From Lobosporangium transversale (Eukaryota), in the NCBI RefSeq assembly GCF_002105155.1, contig NW_019029010.1, forward strand, positions 124,001-188,000: a stretch of 64,000 nt of DNA, given 5' to 3'. Numbering within the stretch: the first letter of the stretch is position 1; every line of letters begins with the position of its first letter. The notes under the pieces were generated by a model that worked only from the letters and a program-made list of their open reading frames with translations, searched no databases and had not been told where the DNA came from. The translations under genes were made by a program, and so were the position numbers. Below are positions 1-11,820 of this stretch, piece by piece.

Positions 1-514
1 GGTGGGAAGAGGCAAGAATGGAGCAGACCAATTGACATGGACAAGGGTGAATGAGACTCTTCATTGCGATGAGAGAATGATGACAGCGATGGGAGTACAG
101 ACAATTACACTGTTTTTCAAGAGAAGAAACATTATTGAATGTTTTAATTATTTCAGGCACCGTTTGAATCAATTGAATTAAGCAATAGGATAATGATTGT
201 TCCTGCATCGTCATTCGCTGGATTTTATTTCGATGACAGAATTATCTAAAGTTTAAATGTCTTTAATTCTTTACAAGCCAATTGAGATTAAGCCATGCCA
301 TGGTCAACTCTGTACATGTATATATAATTATTATCATTATTCTGTAGCAATCAATTTGCTTTTTGATCCTTTAATGGTTCCTTAGCCTTACACGAATATC
401 GCTTGTATTACAAAAATGAATATTATTTATTACTTTTTCTTTTTTTCTTTTTCTTTTTTGTTACAAAACAAGTGAAGAGAAGAAATAGTCCACTGCCTAT
501 TCGTTGCTGGCCTT

Positions 515-2120
515 TCATACTCTATGAGTATAGGCATCGTCTTCATCACTATCCCTGGCTTCATAGGCCTTGTATCCATATTCTTTTATATCCCCACTCA
601 GAATACCACGTCGACTTTCATTTCCTGATCCCGAGCTTAACTTCGACATCATATTCAGATCCTCAAACTGTGATGACATGGATGACATTGAAAAAACTGG
701 TGAATCCAATGATGACTCAAAGAATGAACTCTCTCGTTGATATTGATCATGTGGAGAAAAGATCTTGTATCTAGACGAGTAAAAAAAAAAAGTGGTCAAA
801 GGAAGGAGAAAAGTATAGAATTGTTAATTGAGATTATTTACATAGTTCCGCATCCTATATGTTTCTCATAACCATCGGGCTAACCAAGGCCAGTACATGA
901 TAAAGAGAAGTAAACAAAAAGACTGAACACAATTTCAAAGCATACTTTGTAAAAAGATCTTCGAGTTCACTATCATCAAAATCCTCGCTGAGCTCATGAG
1001 TGATCATAACCAAGTTGGCGATCAAATCACCTGCTCGGTAGGCAAGAACTGTCGGAGAGACTTCCTCGTCAAAATCAACTTCACGCGCCTTAATCCTTAT
1101 AAATTTCGTCGTCGCATACCGTGCTGCCAACTGAATCAGGCATCCATCCAGTTTTTTGCATGCAGGATTATACTAACGTAAAGAGACGCAAAAAAAAAAA
1201 AAAAAAAAAAAAAAAGACGAAGGTGTTAGTGCTGTAGCTGCAGTACTCTTATCAAAAGAACATTCAAGAGTATAAGAATGTTAAATCATGGAGAAGAGAT
1301 GGTTTACCTCGCTGTAAATATGAATGACAACTGTGACATCTTTGCTTTCCATGTCAATCGCATTCACATATTGCGCTGCATTCATCTCCATCAACGATCC
1401 AAAGACTCTCTTCTTCCTAACTGAACTAGCTCCAGTCCCTGACTTGTCGGCTTTTGCAGCCCAGCTCATGTCCTGAAGCCGACTCCCTCGAATCCTTTCC
1501 AGAACGGCTTTCTCATCTTGATCCTCTTCTTCTAGTTCTCGTAATGCCTTTTCGTCCTCATCCTCTTCGTCTTCATCCAATAGTCCCTGTGCCTTCTTTT
1601 CTTGTCGTTCTCGTTCTTTGTCCTGACGATACGTTGTTGTCATTGGTGCCTTGGACAACATCCGCGCATTATAACTCTGTTGAGACGAAAGTCGTTTCTG
1701 CAACTGTTGTTGATGGTGGTATTTTTGGTCCGCGATAACTCCTTTAGGTCCTGTATTGGCACCAGTATCGCGTTCTGGGTATTTATTGGCGCCTGCTCCT
1801 ACTCCTGCTCCTCCTTTACCACCTGTTCTTGCTGACGATCCGATACGGCTTGAAGTCTTGCCATCTATTCGATCGATTTCTCCGTCTGTGAGTCCTCCTG
1901 TTTCAAGATCATCGTTATTGTTATAGTCATCTTTTGGGCGTGTGAATCGTAATTCGGATTCGGATTCTTCAGATTCAGATGCAGTTGAGCCCCAGTCTTC
2001 TGGATCATTATTGTCGTACAAGTACTGAGCTCTTGTTTCAGCTCGATGGTCTCGTGGTGCATTACTATTGGTTTCTGGGTCTGGCTCAATGTCCAGTCCC
2101 ATCCTCTTGGCCTCTTCCAT
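515..2120 (-). CDS. Phosducin-like protein (thioredoxin-fold CCT co-chaperone), 3 exons: 2120-1308, 1172-946, 770-515
   Basis: NTGPKGVIAD motif plus VVIHIYSE|YNPAC...LAARYATTKFIRIKA...PTVLAYRAGDL phosducin domain; GT-AG introns 1307-1173 and 945-771 join three ORF-track fragments in frame. Confidence 0.9.
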
Positions 2121-3111
2121 GACTAATCGATGTGATGTAAGTTAAGGTTGAAATGGACAAAGATGAGAATTTGCAGTCGTTTACAGGAGAGAGAATGTGG
2201 AATGAGTTGGTGAGGAAAGAAAAGAAAAGAAGAAAAGAGGGGGTGCTCACATGGCAAGAAAAGAAAAAGAAAAAGAAAAAAGAGAAATGGCCTGTGAGGT
2301 TTGTGGAAAAGATACATTTGATGCATCGATCCAATTCGTTCATTGGATAGCTTGTCAAATGCATAGCAAACATGGTCCTTGTTTTAAGGTTCAGATTGTC
2401 GTCTTCTTGAGAAGCTCATTCGAAAGGTCAAAGGACTAGTGCTGTCTTTTCCTGGATAACAATCGTCTATTCTCTCTCATTATCATGACTACTCCTCTTC
2501 ACACAAATACATTTCGCTACGGATAGCTCATTTTCATCCGTGCTGGATCTGTCAAAATGCTAGTCTCACTGATCATGAAAAAATGTGCTTGTCATGTTGA
2601 TTAGTGAAGGTAGAGTTCGTGTATGAAAGACATTAGCTGGATTAGCAACACACTCGTTTGTTTGAATGCTGGAAATAAGGGTCTCAATCATCTTTGGAAT
2701 CCATTCAGCAGGTACAAAGATAAAGATGTTACGATAGAAGGTGATACACCCCTCAGGTCAGCAGAGAACCGGGACGGTGGATGTTAAGAGAGGCACGCAA
2801 CTGGCACCCTTAAGGAGCCAAGGAACCGTCATCTCCCCAGATTGGCTTAGCTCGAGGAGTAGAACGATTGAAACTATTACTCAAGAAGCTGGAAGCAGTG
2901 AAGGAGGTACATGGGGTGAGCATCCATCGTAAAGCCTTTTGTTAATTTTAAATTTTTAATGTTTGCTTGACTTTAACAGCATTATTTCCATTACATCATT
3001 TCATTTTATTCGCACGCTTCGCTTCCGTTCTTTTTTACTCATTCACTTCTCTTCTTGAACCTGTTTGAATCTTCCCTTTTCGCTCGTAATTATTAATCCA
3101 CCTCATCCATC

Positions 3112-5778
3112 ATGGGGACTTTCATCACTGACAGATTACATCAATTGAACAGTGATCTCATTCAGTTGTTTCACCTCGACCATCAACCACCATTACATTT
3201 CCGAGACCGACAAAATGAGTCCGGTCAACGAGCTGACTCTCCCGCAAACAGAGCAGTTAGTCCCCAAAAATCAATAGCTATGGGCAAGGACAAAGATAAG
3301 GGCGATAAACGCGGCAGCGATTCAGCAGCAGAATCATCCATCATCACCACAACTGAACAAACAGATCATGAACTTCTCTCAGGATTGCGTGCCTCCATTG
3401 ACGCTCTTGATCTGCATTCCAATGCCGTTCCTTCTATGGAGCGTGTCTATCACGAAATTGAAAAGGTTGAAAAGTTGGCAAAGTCAACGACAACAACAAC
3501 ATCAATTGATCCATGTAACAATCGCGAAATTTCCAAGTTGGAGCATCTGTTTATTGCAAAGTGCACGATTTCGGTTTATCTCAACTTATTGGATATCATC
3601 CTGAACGCGACTCTGCCACTTGCAAACGAAATCCAGTACTGGCAGTCATTGATCGACAGTCGGTCATGGAGACTTTTGTATACTGTTCAAAGTAAGGATT
3701 TTAATTTTTTAGAGTGCGTGGGGATAACAATGCGGTGATGACAGCATGACACTTGACTTTATTCCTGACTAGCTTCAATTCAACTAAACCTTTTTATTTT
3801 ATTTTTACTTTTATTTCCTTCGTCTTGTATAGCGTCACCTTACCGTGTCTTCGACTTTACAAGATCAGTCCTGGTTGCCACACGTGAACATCTCGATTCC
3901 TTGATCACAACTGCTCCACACAACGGTCAGTCAGATCAAGATAACCAAAAGAACCAGATCTTACAAATCTTCCGACACTTCCCTACATTCCTCAAATACC
4001 ATCTCATCTCCCAACCAGTTTCCTTCCCAGTTGCGATCCGTTACGAGATCACAAACCATCGAAGGCAGCTCCAACGGATTCGAGAATATCAAGCTGAATG
4101 TTTGGGACTCCTATCGGAACAAGGATTGAACCTAGATCTTGAATTCTTTGAAGATTCAGTCTCAGTCTTATCGTCTCCAGGATCTGGATCGGCATCTGGA
4201 TCTGAATCTGGGACAGACTCAAGATCAGCAGCAGTAGCTGGAGCGGGACAATCAGCAAAACAACAGCTGCAGGATGAAGGAAGAGGTGGAGAATCAACAG
4301 AGCAGGCAGAGATCTTTATTCGAGATCAAACCTCAAAGACCATCTGTCTCATGGAACGTGTCCTCAACAAAGCATATAAGGATATGAAACTCTTGACAGA
4401 TTCACATCACCATCAACCGCAGCACCAGAGTAGTCATCATCATTCTCATTCTCATCCTCATCATCAGCAGTTAAAGTTACCGTCTGCCAAGAGAGCCACT
4501 CGCTCACTCACTATTTTGGGTCAGTTGCAAGGCATCCCTTCCTTGAGCCATAATGACACACTCCAACATCTCAAACAGCTAATTCAAATCGACATTCCTC
4601 AGTTTGTGCAACAGACCGAGACCCAAGCACGGCAATTCTATCGCCCCTCCTGGTTGACTAGGATCTGGATTCCAGCACTTGTAGGCTACTTTGGATTGAA
4701 ATTCGGCCTTCAATATGTCACTGAACATCGTGCAGATCTGGACAGGTGGTTAGAAGAAGCTTGGGATACTGCAAAGAGATTTGTCACGGATTGGGTCTGG
4801 GAGCCCACTATGAGGATCATGGCCATCATTCGACACACTGATGAGCAAGGATCTCTACAGATGCTTGGGAACGAAAGTCTGAAATCCGATATTGCTAGCT
4901 TGGAGCGCATGGTTCTGGATTTTGGTAAACAAAATTATCATCTAGGTGGTCAAGAACTGGCCAGTTTGTCGCAGGCAGTTCATAATGGCGACATCTCCAT
5001 GATCATGCGTGCATATGAACAAGAGCTCAAGACACCCTTTAAAGGAGCCATTGTTGGCAATTTAGTCCAGACATTATTGATTCAAGTCCAAAAAACTAAA
5101 GTAGATGTGGAGGTTGCGATGGCGGCATTGGACAAATTGCTTAAGGCTAATGAACTCAACTTTGCATTCTTGGCTGTGGGCCCTAGTTTGCTGCTCCTGT
5201 GGGCCGTGTCTGCACAGTCAAAAAAGGTTTGGCAGCGAATGGCAGGACGACACATGGGGGTTTTGTCGATTCAGATGAAGAATTCGATGAGACAAGTCGA
5301 GAGACTCTTGAACTTGGCCTCAGCTGAGGGTGAAGGACTCGACATCAAGCAGCCTAGGAAGCCACAGAGGAATTTCGATAGCAGTAACGCAGCAGCCGAA
5401 CGTCGACCCAGCGAAAAGGGGGCGATCAAGAGATCGTCTTCTTCATCCTCTGAGGAGTTTGAGGATCTATCAGTTCTAGGTAATAACAACGTTGGTGGCA
5501 GTGCTGACGACTCTACACAGAGCATCACATCCGACAAATTGACGAGGATCCGAACCAAGGAAGGCAAAGTTCCTTACAAGACACAAGGTCTGATTCTTTG
5601 TGAGGTACATCTGCTGAGAACCTTCGCGGCGCGCCTAACTCGATCAGAAGGTTTGAGAGATAAAGTTATGGAAGACCTGCGAGAAATTGAAGAGAGCTCG
5701 TTGACAGTCCATCAGCGATTAAGGACTGCGCAGCGCATGTACAGAACTTATGGGTTCTTGGGACTTCATCAACAATAA
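3112..5778 (+). CDS. NCA2: Nuclear control of ATPase protein 2 (mitochondrial), 2 exons: 3112-3691, 3833-5778
   Basis: LLIQVQKTKVDVEVAMAALDKLLKANELNFAFLAVGP signature of the NCA2 family; intron 3692-3832 (GTAAGG...TAG) joins the 208-aa and 625-aa ORFs in frame. Confidence 0.88.
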
Positions 5779-6337
5779 GCCTTGCAATAAAACTAGATAG
5801 AAAAAGGAGCAGCAAGGGCGTAGTATTAAATAAATCAATCAATTGCTATATGGACTGCTCCTTTTCTGTGATATTGGCCAATGCTGCTATCATGAGCAGG
5901 GTTCATGATAAACAGCGCCAGAGCATATTTGCTATATCTATTACACTCGCTATAGGTGGACCGATGATGGCCATTGATGGCTGATCTGTTCACTCTTGAT
6001 AACGAAGCATTTTTCTTGGATGTGATTTGTTAGTAAGATCGCACCAACAACCTTGGAAACAACGCACTCGTTGGCTCTAAACACCAATATTCATGACCCT
6101 TTCTATTTGATCAAGCTTAAAGACTTACTTTTTTTTTTATGATAGTTATAATTCAGCTATTGAATGAAAGATCCCAAAACGTCTAACATATAGTTATCAG
6201 AGCAAAGAACCTTGGAGTGAAATGTAAAGATTTCTGTGGCTGCCATAACGGATCAACAACTCTGAACTCATTCCTTTGTCTGGTCAAAATCTAGCGAGAG
6301 ATACCATAGAAGGCTGAAGATTCCTTTCGCTCTCACC

Positions 6338-6372
<35 letters not shown>

Positions 6373-6673
6373 AAAAAAAGAAAAAAGACAGCATCCTCAC
6401 CAACTATATCCTTTATAGAAAGAATCTAGATCAGTAAATCCGAAGCGCTTTCTCTTCTCTTGAGTTACCTTGGCCCTAGGAAACCATTTCCTTTCAAAGA
6501 GCGAGAAAAAAAGGGTAATCTCAATTAGAGGAGCGTCAAATCCAGGCTATGTGTTCTCTTGGACATGATCATTGGGTCCAACACTCAGAGTCCTTGAATA
6601 AATATATAAATGCTAAGCCTCTGTATTTCTTTATTTTCATACAAGAGAGGTCCATAAAAAAAAAGAAAAAAAG

Positions 6674-6705
<32 letters not shown>

Positions 6706-6834
6706 CTATGGTACATAACGGAGACAAGGGAGGGGACTCAAAGAAAGAGAGCTCTGCAACCCCCACAAGTCGATTAGGTTAATATTCCTGATCCATTCGA
6801 CAAAGAGATCCAAAGGTAAGGTAATGTAGTCAAT

Positions 6835-7504
6835 TTAGAGTTGCTTCTGGAGACGGGCCAAATGATAATTGACAGTGTTGACCTTTTTCACTCTAGCAGG
6901 CTATCAAAATCGAGTTCAATGAGGAAAGCAGAATCAATAAAAGCATTAGTGACTACTTCCGACATCTCTTCTCTCCTATTGCCATACTTGATTGACTTCG
7001 TGATTCTTTATCCATTGACAAGTATTTATCCTCCAATGTTCTCCCCTGTGTGTTACTATTTTATTTCTTAGCCCAAAATTTATATGACAATTTGTTGATT
7101 TACGATTGGTCTATTGACACTGGTGATTATTCAAAGTCCAAGAGAATGTTGATAGCTTCTCTGTTCATAATCCCGTTTTTTTTTTCCAATACTGCTCGAT
7201 CATGGATTTAAACGCTGGAGGTTTTCATTCCTGAATCCCATTTGAGGGGGATAATGCTGACAGTTTCAGAGATTCCTTCCCACTGAACCAACAGAGCTTT
7301 TTTCTTATTTTGGGCTACTATATGTTTGCTAGGTAAACTTACCAAGTTCTTCATACAATCTGCAAGCATCTTGGAGGCCTGCATACATTTGGCATCATCC
7401 ACTCCTGAGGCAGTCCAGCACTGGATCATAGCACCCATCTCGGCGATACAGGGGCTGGCCTCAACCACTTTACGAGGCTTCGTGCGAAGATACTTCAGTC
7501 TCAT
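6835..7504 (-). CDS. MRP10: Mitochondrial small-subunit ribosomal protein mS37 (twin CX9C), exons 7504-7343 and 6900-6835
   Basis: PCIAEMGAMIQCW...KCMQASKMLADCM twin CX9C motif; exon 2 reads PARVKKVNTVNYHLARLQKQL*, matching the INYHLxRL tail of the family; 442-nt GTAAGT...TAG intron. Confidence 0.85.
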
Positions 7505-8045
7505 GATTATTTATTGTTGTTGATCCTGTTTGAAGTTTAGCCCCATGTTGTTGATCGATCAGTTAGAGATCAGTTTGTTTTAACGAAATGAACAAATAAA
7601 ATAAAAATAAAAATAAATAAATAAAATTCCAGTGTTAGCGCCAAGTTTAGTCTTCGCCATGTGGCCTCCAGAAAAGACGAATATTTGATGTCGATGATTT
7701 GTCTGGGCAACATGCCTTTTCGGATGTTTTTAGTTTTTAGTTGGACTAGAGATGAACGGAAGTGGGGGAAAAACAATAACAAGAACTTACCCTTCCTTTG
7801 TAAATAATGTGACTGCTGTCTGACCATAGGTAGCACAAAATAAGGTTTTAAACGCGTCTTCATATATCTATATACATTTATATTTATTATTCTTTTTTTC
7901 TTCCTTCTTCTTTCTTCTTTCATCTTTCTCTTCCTCTTTCTCTTCTTCCCATTCCTCTTCCTCTTCCTCCTCAACATCATTCAGCAATAATCACTTTTTT
8001 ACCTCAGATCTATCCCCAACTTTTCCAAAAAAAAAAAAAAAAAAC

Positions 8046-8294
8046 ATGCTTTCTCGTAAATCCTTCGTTGTCCTTTTGGCCATGCTTGGTTTCTCGAATG
8101 CAGGTCCTCTTGCCTATGGAATCTGCCAAACAGGCTGCAATGCCCTTGTTGTAGCATGCTACGCAGGAGCGGGTTTTACTTTCGGAACAGTTACCGCGGG
8201 TGCTGGTCTCCCTGTTGCTATAGCAGCTTGTAATGCAGGGCTTGGAACATGCATGGTCGGCTGTGTTGCTGCTGGACTCACGCCAATCCCCTAG
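8046..8294 (+). CDS. Small secreted Cys/Gly/Ala-rich protein, copy 1 (82 aa)
   Basis: Signal peptide followed by GPLAYGICQTGCN...ACY...ACN...TCMVGC; near-identical paralogue at 9521. Confidence 0.85.
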   Translation: MLSRKSFVVLLAMLGFSNAGPLAYGICQTGCNALVVACYAGAGFTFGTVTAGAGLPVAIAACNAGLGTCMVGCVAAGLTPIP

Positions 8295-8702
8295 TCTTTC
8301 GGCGCAATAAAAAAAAAAAAAGAAATCATGAAATGCGATGAGCGTTTAAATAAGCCTTGGCTTACTATGCGCATCGCTTACCCTCTATTCTACAAAAAAA
8401 AAAAAAAAAAAAAAAAAAAGAAACAAAAGCTGTTTTCATTATGGGTTATTTCAAGTGAACGAAAACAATAAAGCTTTTTATTTTTTTGGGGTTGCAAACC
8501 TCATAGCTTTGTTAGAAAACCAGTTTGTTTTGCAATTGAAACCTTGTTCGATTCATTCTTCTGAACAGTACTTTTTATCTGTGTGCCCTGAAGGTTGTTT
8601 GGGAATGCTGTGGTCGGGTTTGACATGCTCAGTGCATTTCGGTATTACAGTTTATAGACACAGCCGACGAGCTTCAACTTGACCAACGAACAACACGCGA
8701 GG

Positions 8703-8739
<37 letters not shown>

Positions 8740-9520
8740 GCTCTGTATATTTTGGAATTAGTATGATTCACTAGGTTCAACTGTGGTATAGTCACAGGCT
8801 TCTATAACGACTCTGTAAAAAAAAAAAAAAAAAAAAAAAAAGAATCAACTATTCAATCATACATCTATATGACCTGTAGTATTGTGGTTCATATCCTTTT
8901 TATTTTACTTTTTTCGGAGTAATTGAGGACAGGGTGCTTTGATTTCTGGAATCAGAACATTCAGCCACCTTTAAAAATAGTTTTCAATTGGCTCAGAACC
9001 ATCATTGAAACTGTCGTCTGTCGCAGATTAGAGCTATAGCTGTTGGCGATAGTACTACGCTATCTTATAACAATATGAGGCGACAACATGTCCTTTTTTT
9101 ATCTTATTTTTTATCAACCATTTTCACCTTTGCCTATAAAAGTCTGGAGAAGTTCGTTATACAACTCTGGCTTTTGCTCCCACAGGAGATGACTCCTTGT
9201 CTAGACTGAGAACGAAGATACGCGTGCTGTAGTAGTCGGGTTTAAACTCTCTCAAGAAACACTTTCGCTTCCAGAAAAGACAACTATTTGATATGGATGA
9301 TTGTATGGGCTCTCTTTTTAGTTGTAGAAATAATTGTGGCTGTTGCCAAAACCGATATCGCACAAAAAATAAGGTTTGATGTGACTTGATGCAATAAAAG
9401 GCGCGCCTTTTTTCTTCCTTTTCCTTCCCCTCTTTCTCTTCTTTCTTCTTCATCCTTCTCTTGTCCTTCTCCAGCACCACTCACCACCAGTCTTTACCTC
9501 TACTTCCCTCCTCAAAAAAC

Positions 9521-9769
9521 ATGCTTTCCCGTAAATCCTTTGTTGTCCTTTTGGCCATGGTTGGTCTCTCAAATGCAGGTCCTCTTGCCTATGGGATTTG
9601 CCAATCAGGATGTAATGCTCTTGTGGTAGCATGCTACGCAGGAGCGGGTTTTACTTTCGGAACAGTTACCGCGGGTGCTGGTGTCCCTGCTGCTATAGTA
9701 GCTTGTAATGCAGGGCTTGGAACATGCATGGTCGGTTGTATTGCTGCTGGATTCACTCCAACCCCTTAG
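9521..9769 (+). CDS. Small secreted Cys/Gly/Ala-rich protein, copy 2 (82 aa)
   Basis: ATG at 9521; differs from copy 1 at only a handful of residues; 3' flanks also similar. Confidence 0.85.
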   Translation: MLSRKSFVVLLAMVGLSNAGPLAYGICQSGCNALVVACYAGAGFTFGTVTAGAGVPAAIVACNAGLGTCMVGCIAAGFTPTP

Positions 9770-11477
9770 TCTTCTCGTACAAAGATAAAAGAAAGCATGA
9801 AATGCGACGAATGTTTAAGCAAGCCTTGGCCAACTATCCACGTCATATATTCTTTATTCTCTAAAAAAAAAAGAGATAGTCAAGCAGCGCCTCAAAGCTC
9901 TATTGCCTTTCCTAAACAATGGTTGTTCTTATTATAGTTGCCATAGTCGATTTCATTTGAAGAAAAAAAAAAATGAAATAAAGCTTCCCGATGTTGTAAA
10001 TCTCATATTTTTGTTGGTAAATCAGTTTATTTCACAATTGGAGCCCTGCTTGACTCACCGACTTGAACAAAGCTTTTATCAAAGGGTTGTGAAGGCTGTT
10101 TGGGAATGTAAAAAACAGCTAGTCATGATACATAATCTTGGTACATTTTGCTATAACAGTTTCCAACACCTTTTTTTCTTTTTTCTTCACCGCTGAACTT
10201 GGCCGAGGCGGTGCACTGCTGTGCGAATAGTAATATGGGAATGAGCCAATCATTGAACCTTAATAATAGAGTTTGGGTATAACAGTTTGTTGCTCATGTG
10301 ATAATAGCATGGCGAAGACGTAAAAATGTTGGTGTAGCCTGCCCACAACAGAGTAAGAGCCTCCGCAGCATAAATTAAACGTAATGGTAATGGGCGACTT
10401 GGGATGCTCTTGAAGCCATACAAACATTCTTCAGTGGCTGCACTGGCTCTATATCATCAACCTGAAAAAATATAAAAAAAAGTTTGTAGAATACGGGACC
10501 AATGCTGTCATCAGTCCACCAATCTCCTTATAGAAGTCCTCCTCTACCTCTTGATTTAATTAGAGCTCTGAGCCCTGTACAAGTATACAAAAATATTGGT
10601 TCTGCATACACACTTTAGGGATGGCATGATTCGCCTGATGGATGTTCCCTCCAGAAACGTATTTACATGGGGTTGGCTTAAGTGCTATTCGGGCATACTG
10701 CACTGGAAGCTCTTACATGCTTAATGCCCCTAGGCACATACGGCCGTAACGAAAGTAAAGGGTGACATGATGTTTCAATGAACACGTAATCACAGTCTAC
10801 ATGTATATGAACATATAGTAAACTATAAAAGAGTTGCAGACTTACAATCGTAAGCTCAAATAGAATCATGCGACTTCATCGCAGTTGGCTCTTGCCTTAT
10901 AGGTAAAAGCAATGAGATTTCGCAAACACTAAACTAAGCACAATACGAGGGAAACTCCTATCTAAACATCCATGATATTTATATTACACTGTGAATGTTG
11001 TTGGGAAATTTGGAGCTGACTTAGTAGGAAATGTGGCTCTTGAATGGTTTATGTAGCTGGCCGCTCCCAGCTACAGAGATAGAAAAAATACTTCGAACGA
11101 ACACAAATAAAACTGTACAGCACACAAAGTCTGGTTGAGAACAGTCAGTATACAAATGGTTCTGTTGACAAAAGAAGGATCTTGTAATGGTCTATCTACG
11201 ACTGATGATGAGTGTTGGGGAAGTTCTTTACCTAAACAAGAATAACCAGTACCTAAACATCCCTGTTGAACAAAAAGAAGAAACAAAGATCTAGAGTCTC
11301 CTGAGCCGCTACACTTTTATAGGTTGGCAGCTAGTCCTCCACGTGACCATAACAACACCAACAATGCCATGCGGTCCGCTTTTTTAATGGCATGTTGAAG
11401 GAATGTACATGTACCTTGTTTGGTACAATTACTATTATTATTTTGACAATTGCGCGCTATTGGAAAAAGAGTCCGCT

Positions 11478-11820
11478 GTGCTTTGATTTCTGAGTTCGGA
11501 ATATTCAGCCACCAATTTAAAATGTTTTGTCTCTATTGACAGAGCTGCTGTTACCAGAGTTGATGTTGACGTTGATGCAACCCGACCTTATAACGACATG
11601 GGGATGATGCATCAATTTTTTTATACGCGTATAAATTTCTTCATTTTATCAAACTCTTTTGCCTCTGCCTAAAAGTCTATAGTTCTGCAGTAGTCTGTAG
11701 TTTGTTGTCTTTGCCTTCACATAAGGTGCTCCTTTGCCTAGACTGATATTGAAGATACGTGTAGTAACCAGAGCTATACTTGCACTCTCCCGAGAAATAC
11801 TTTCGTGTTGACATCTCCCT
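11478..11820 (+). repeat. Diverged copy of the region upstream of the copy-2 Cys-rich gene (~8934-9270), without a CDS
   Basis: gtgctttgatttctg...attcagccacc and gaagatacg...ctctc..gaaa.actttcg blocks occur colinearly at ~8934/9214 and ~11478/11751. Confidence 0.65.

Noticed and set aside
1..38. Possible minus-strand gene start (MSIGLLHSCLFP) at the window edge
   Set aside because: Too little sequence to support a call
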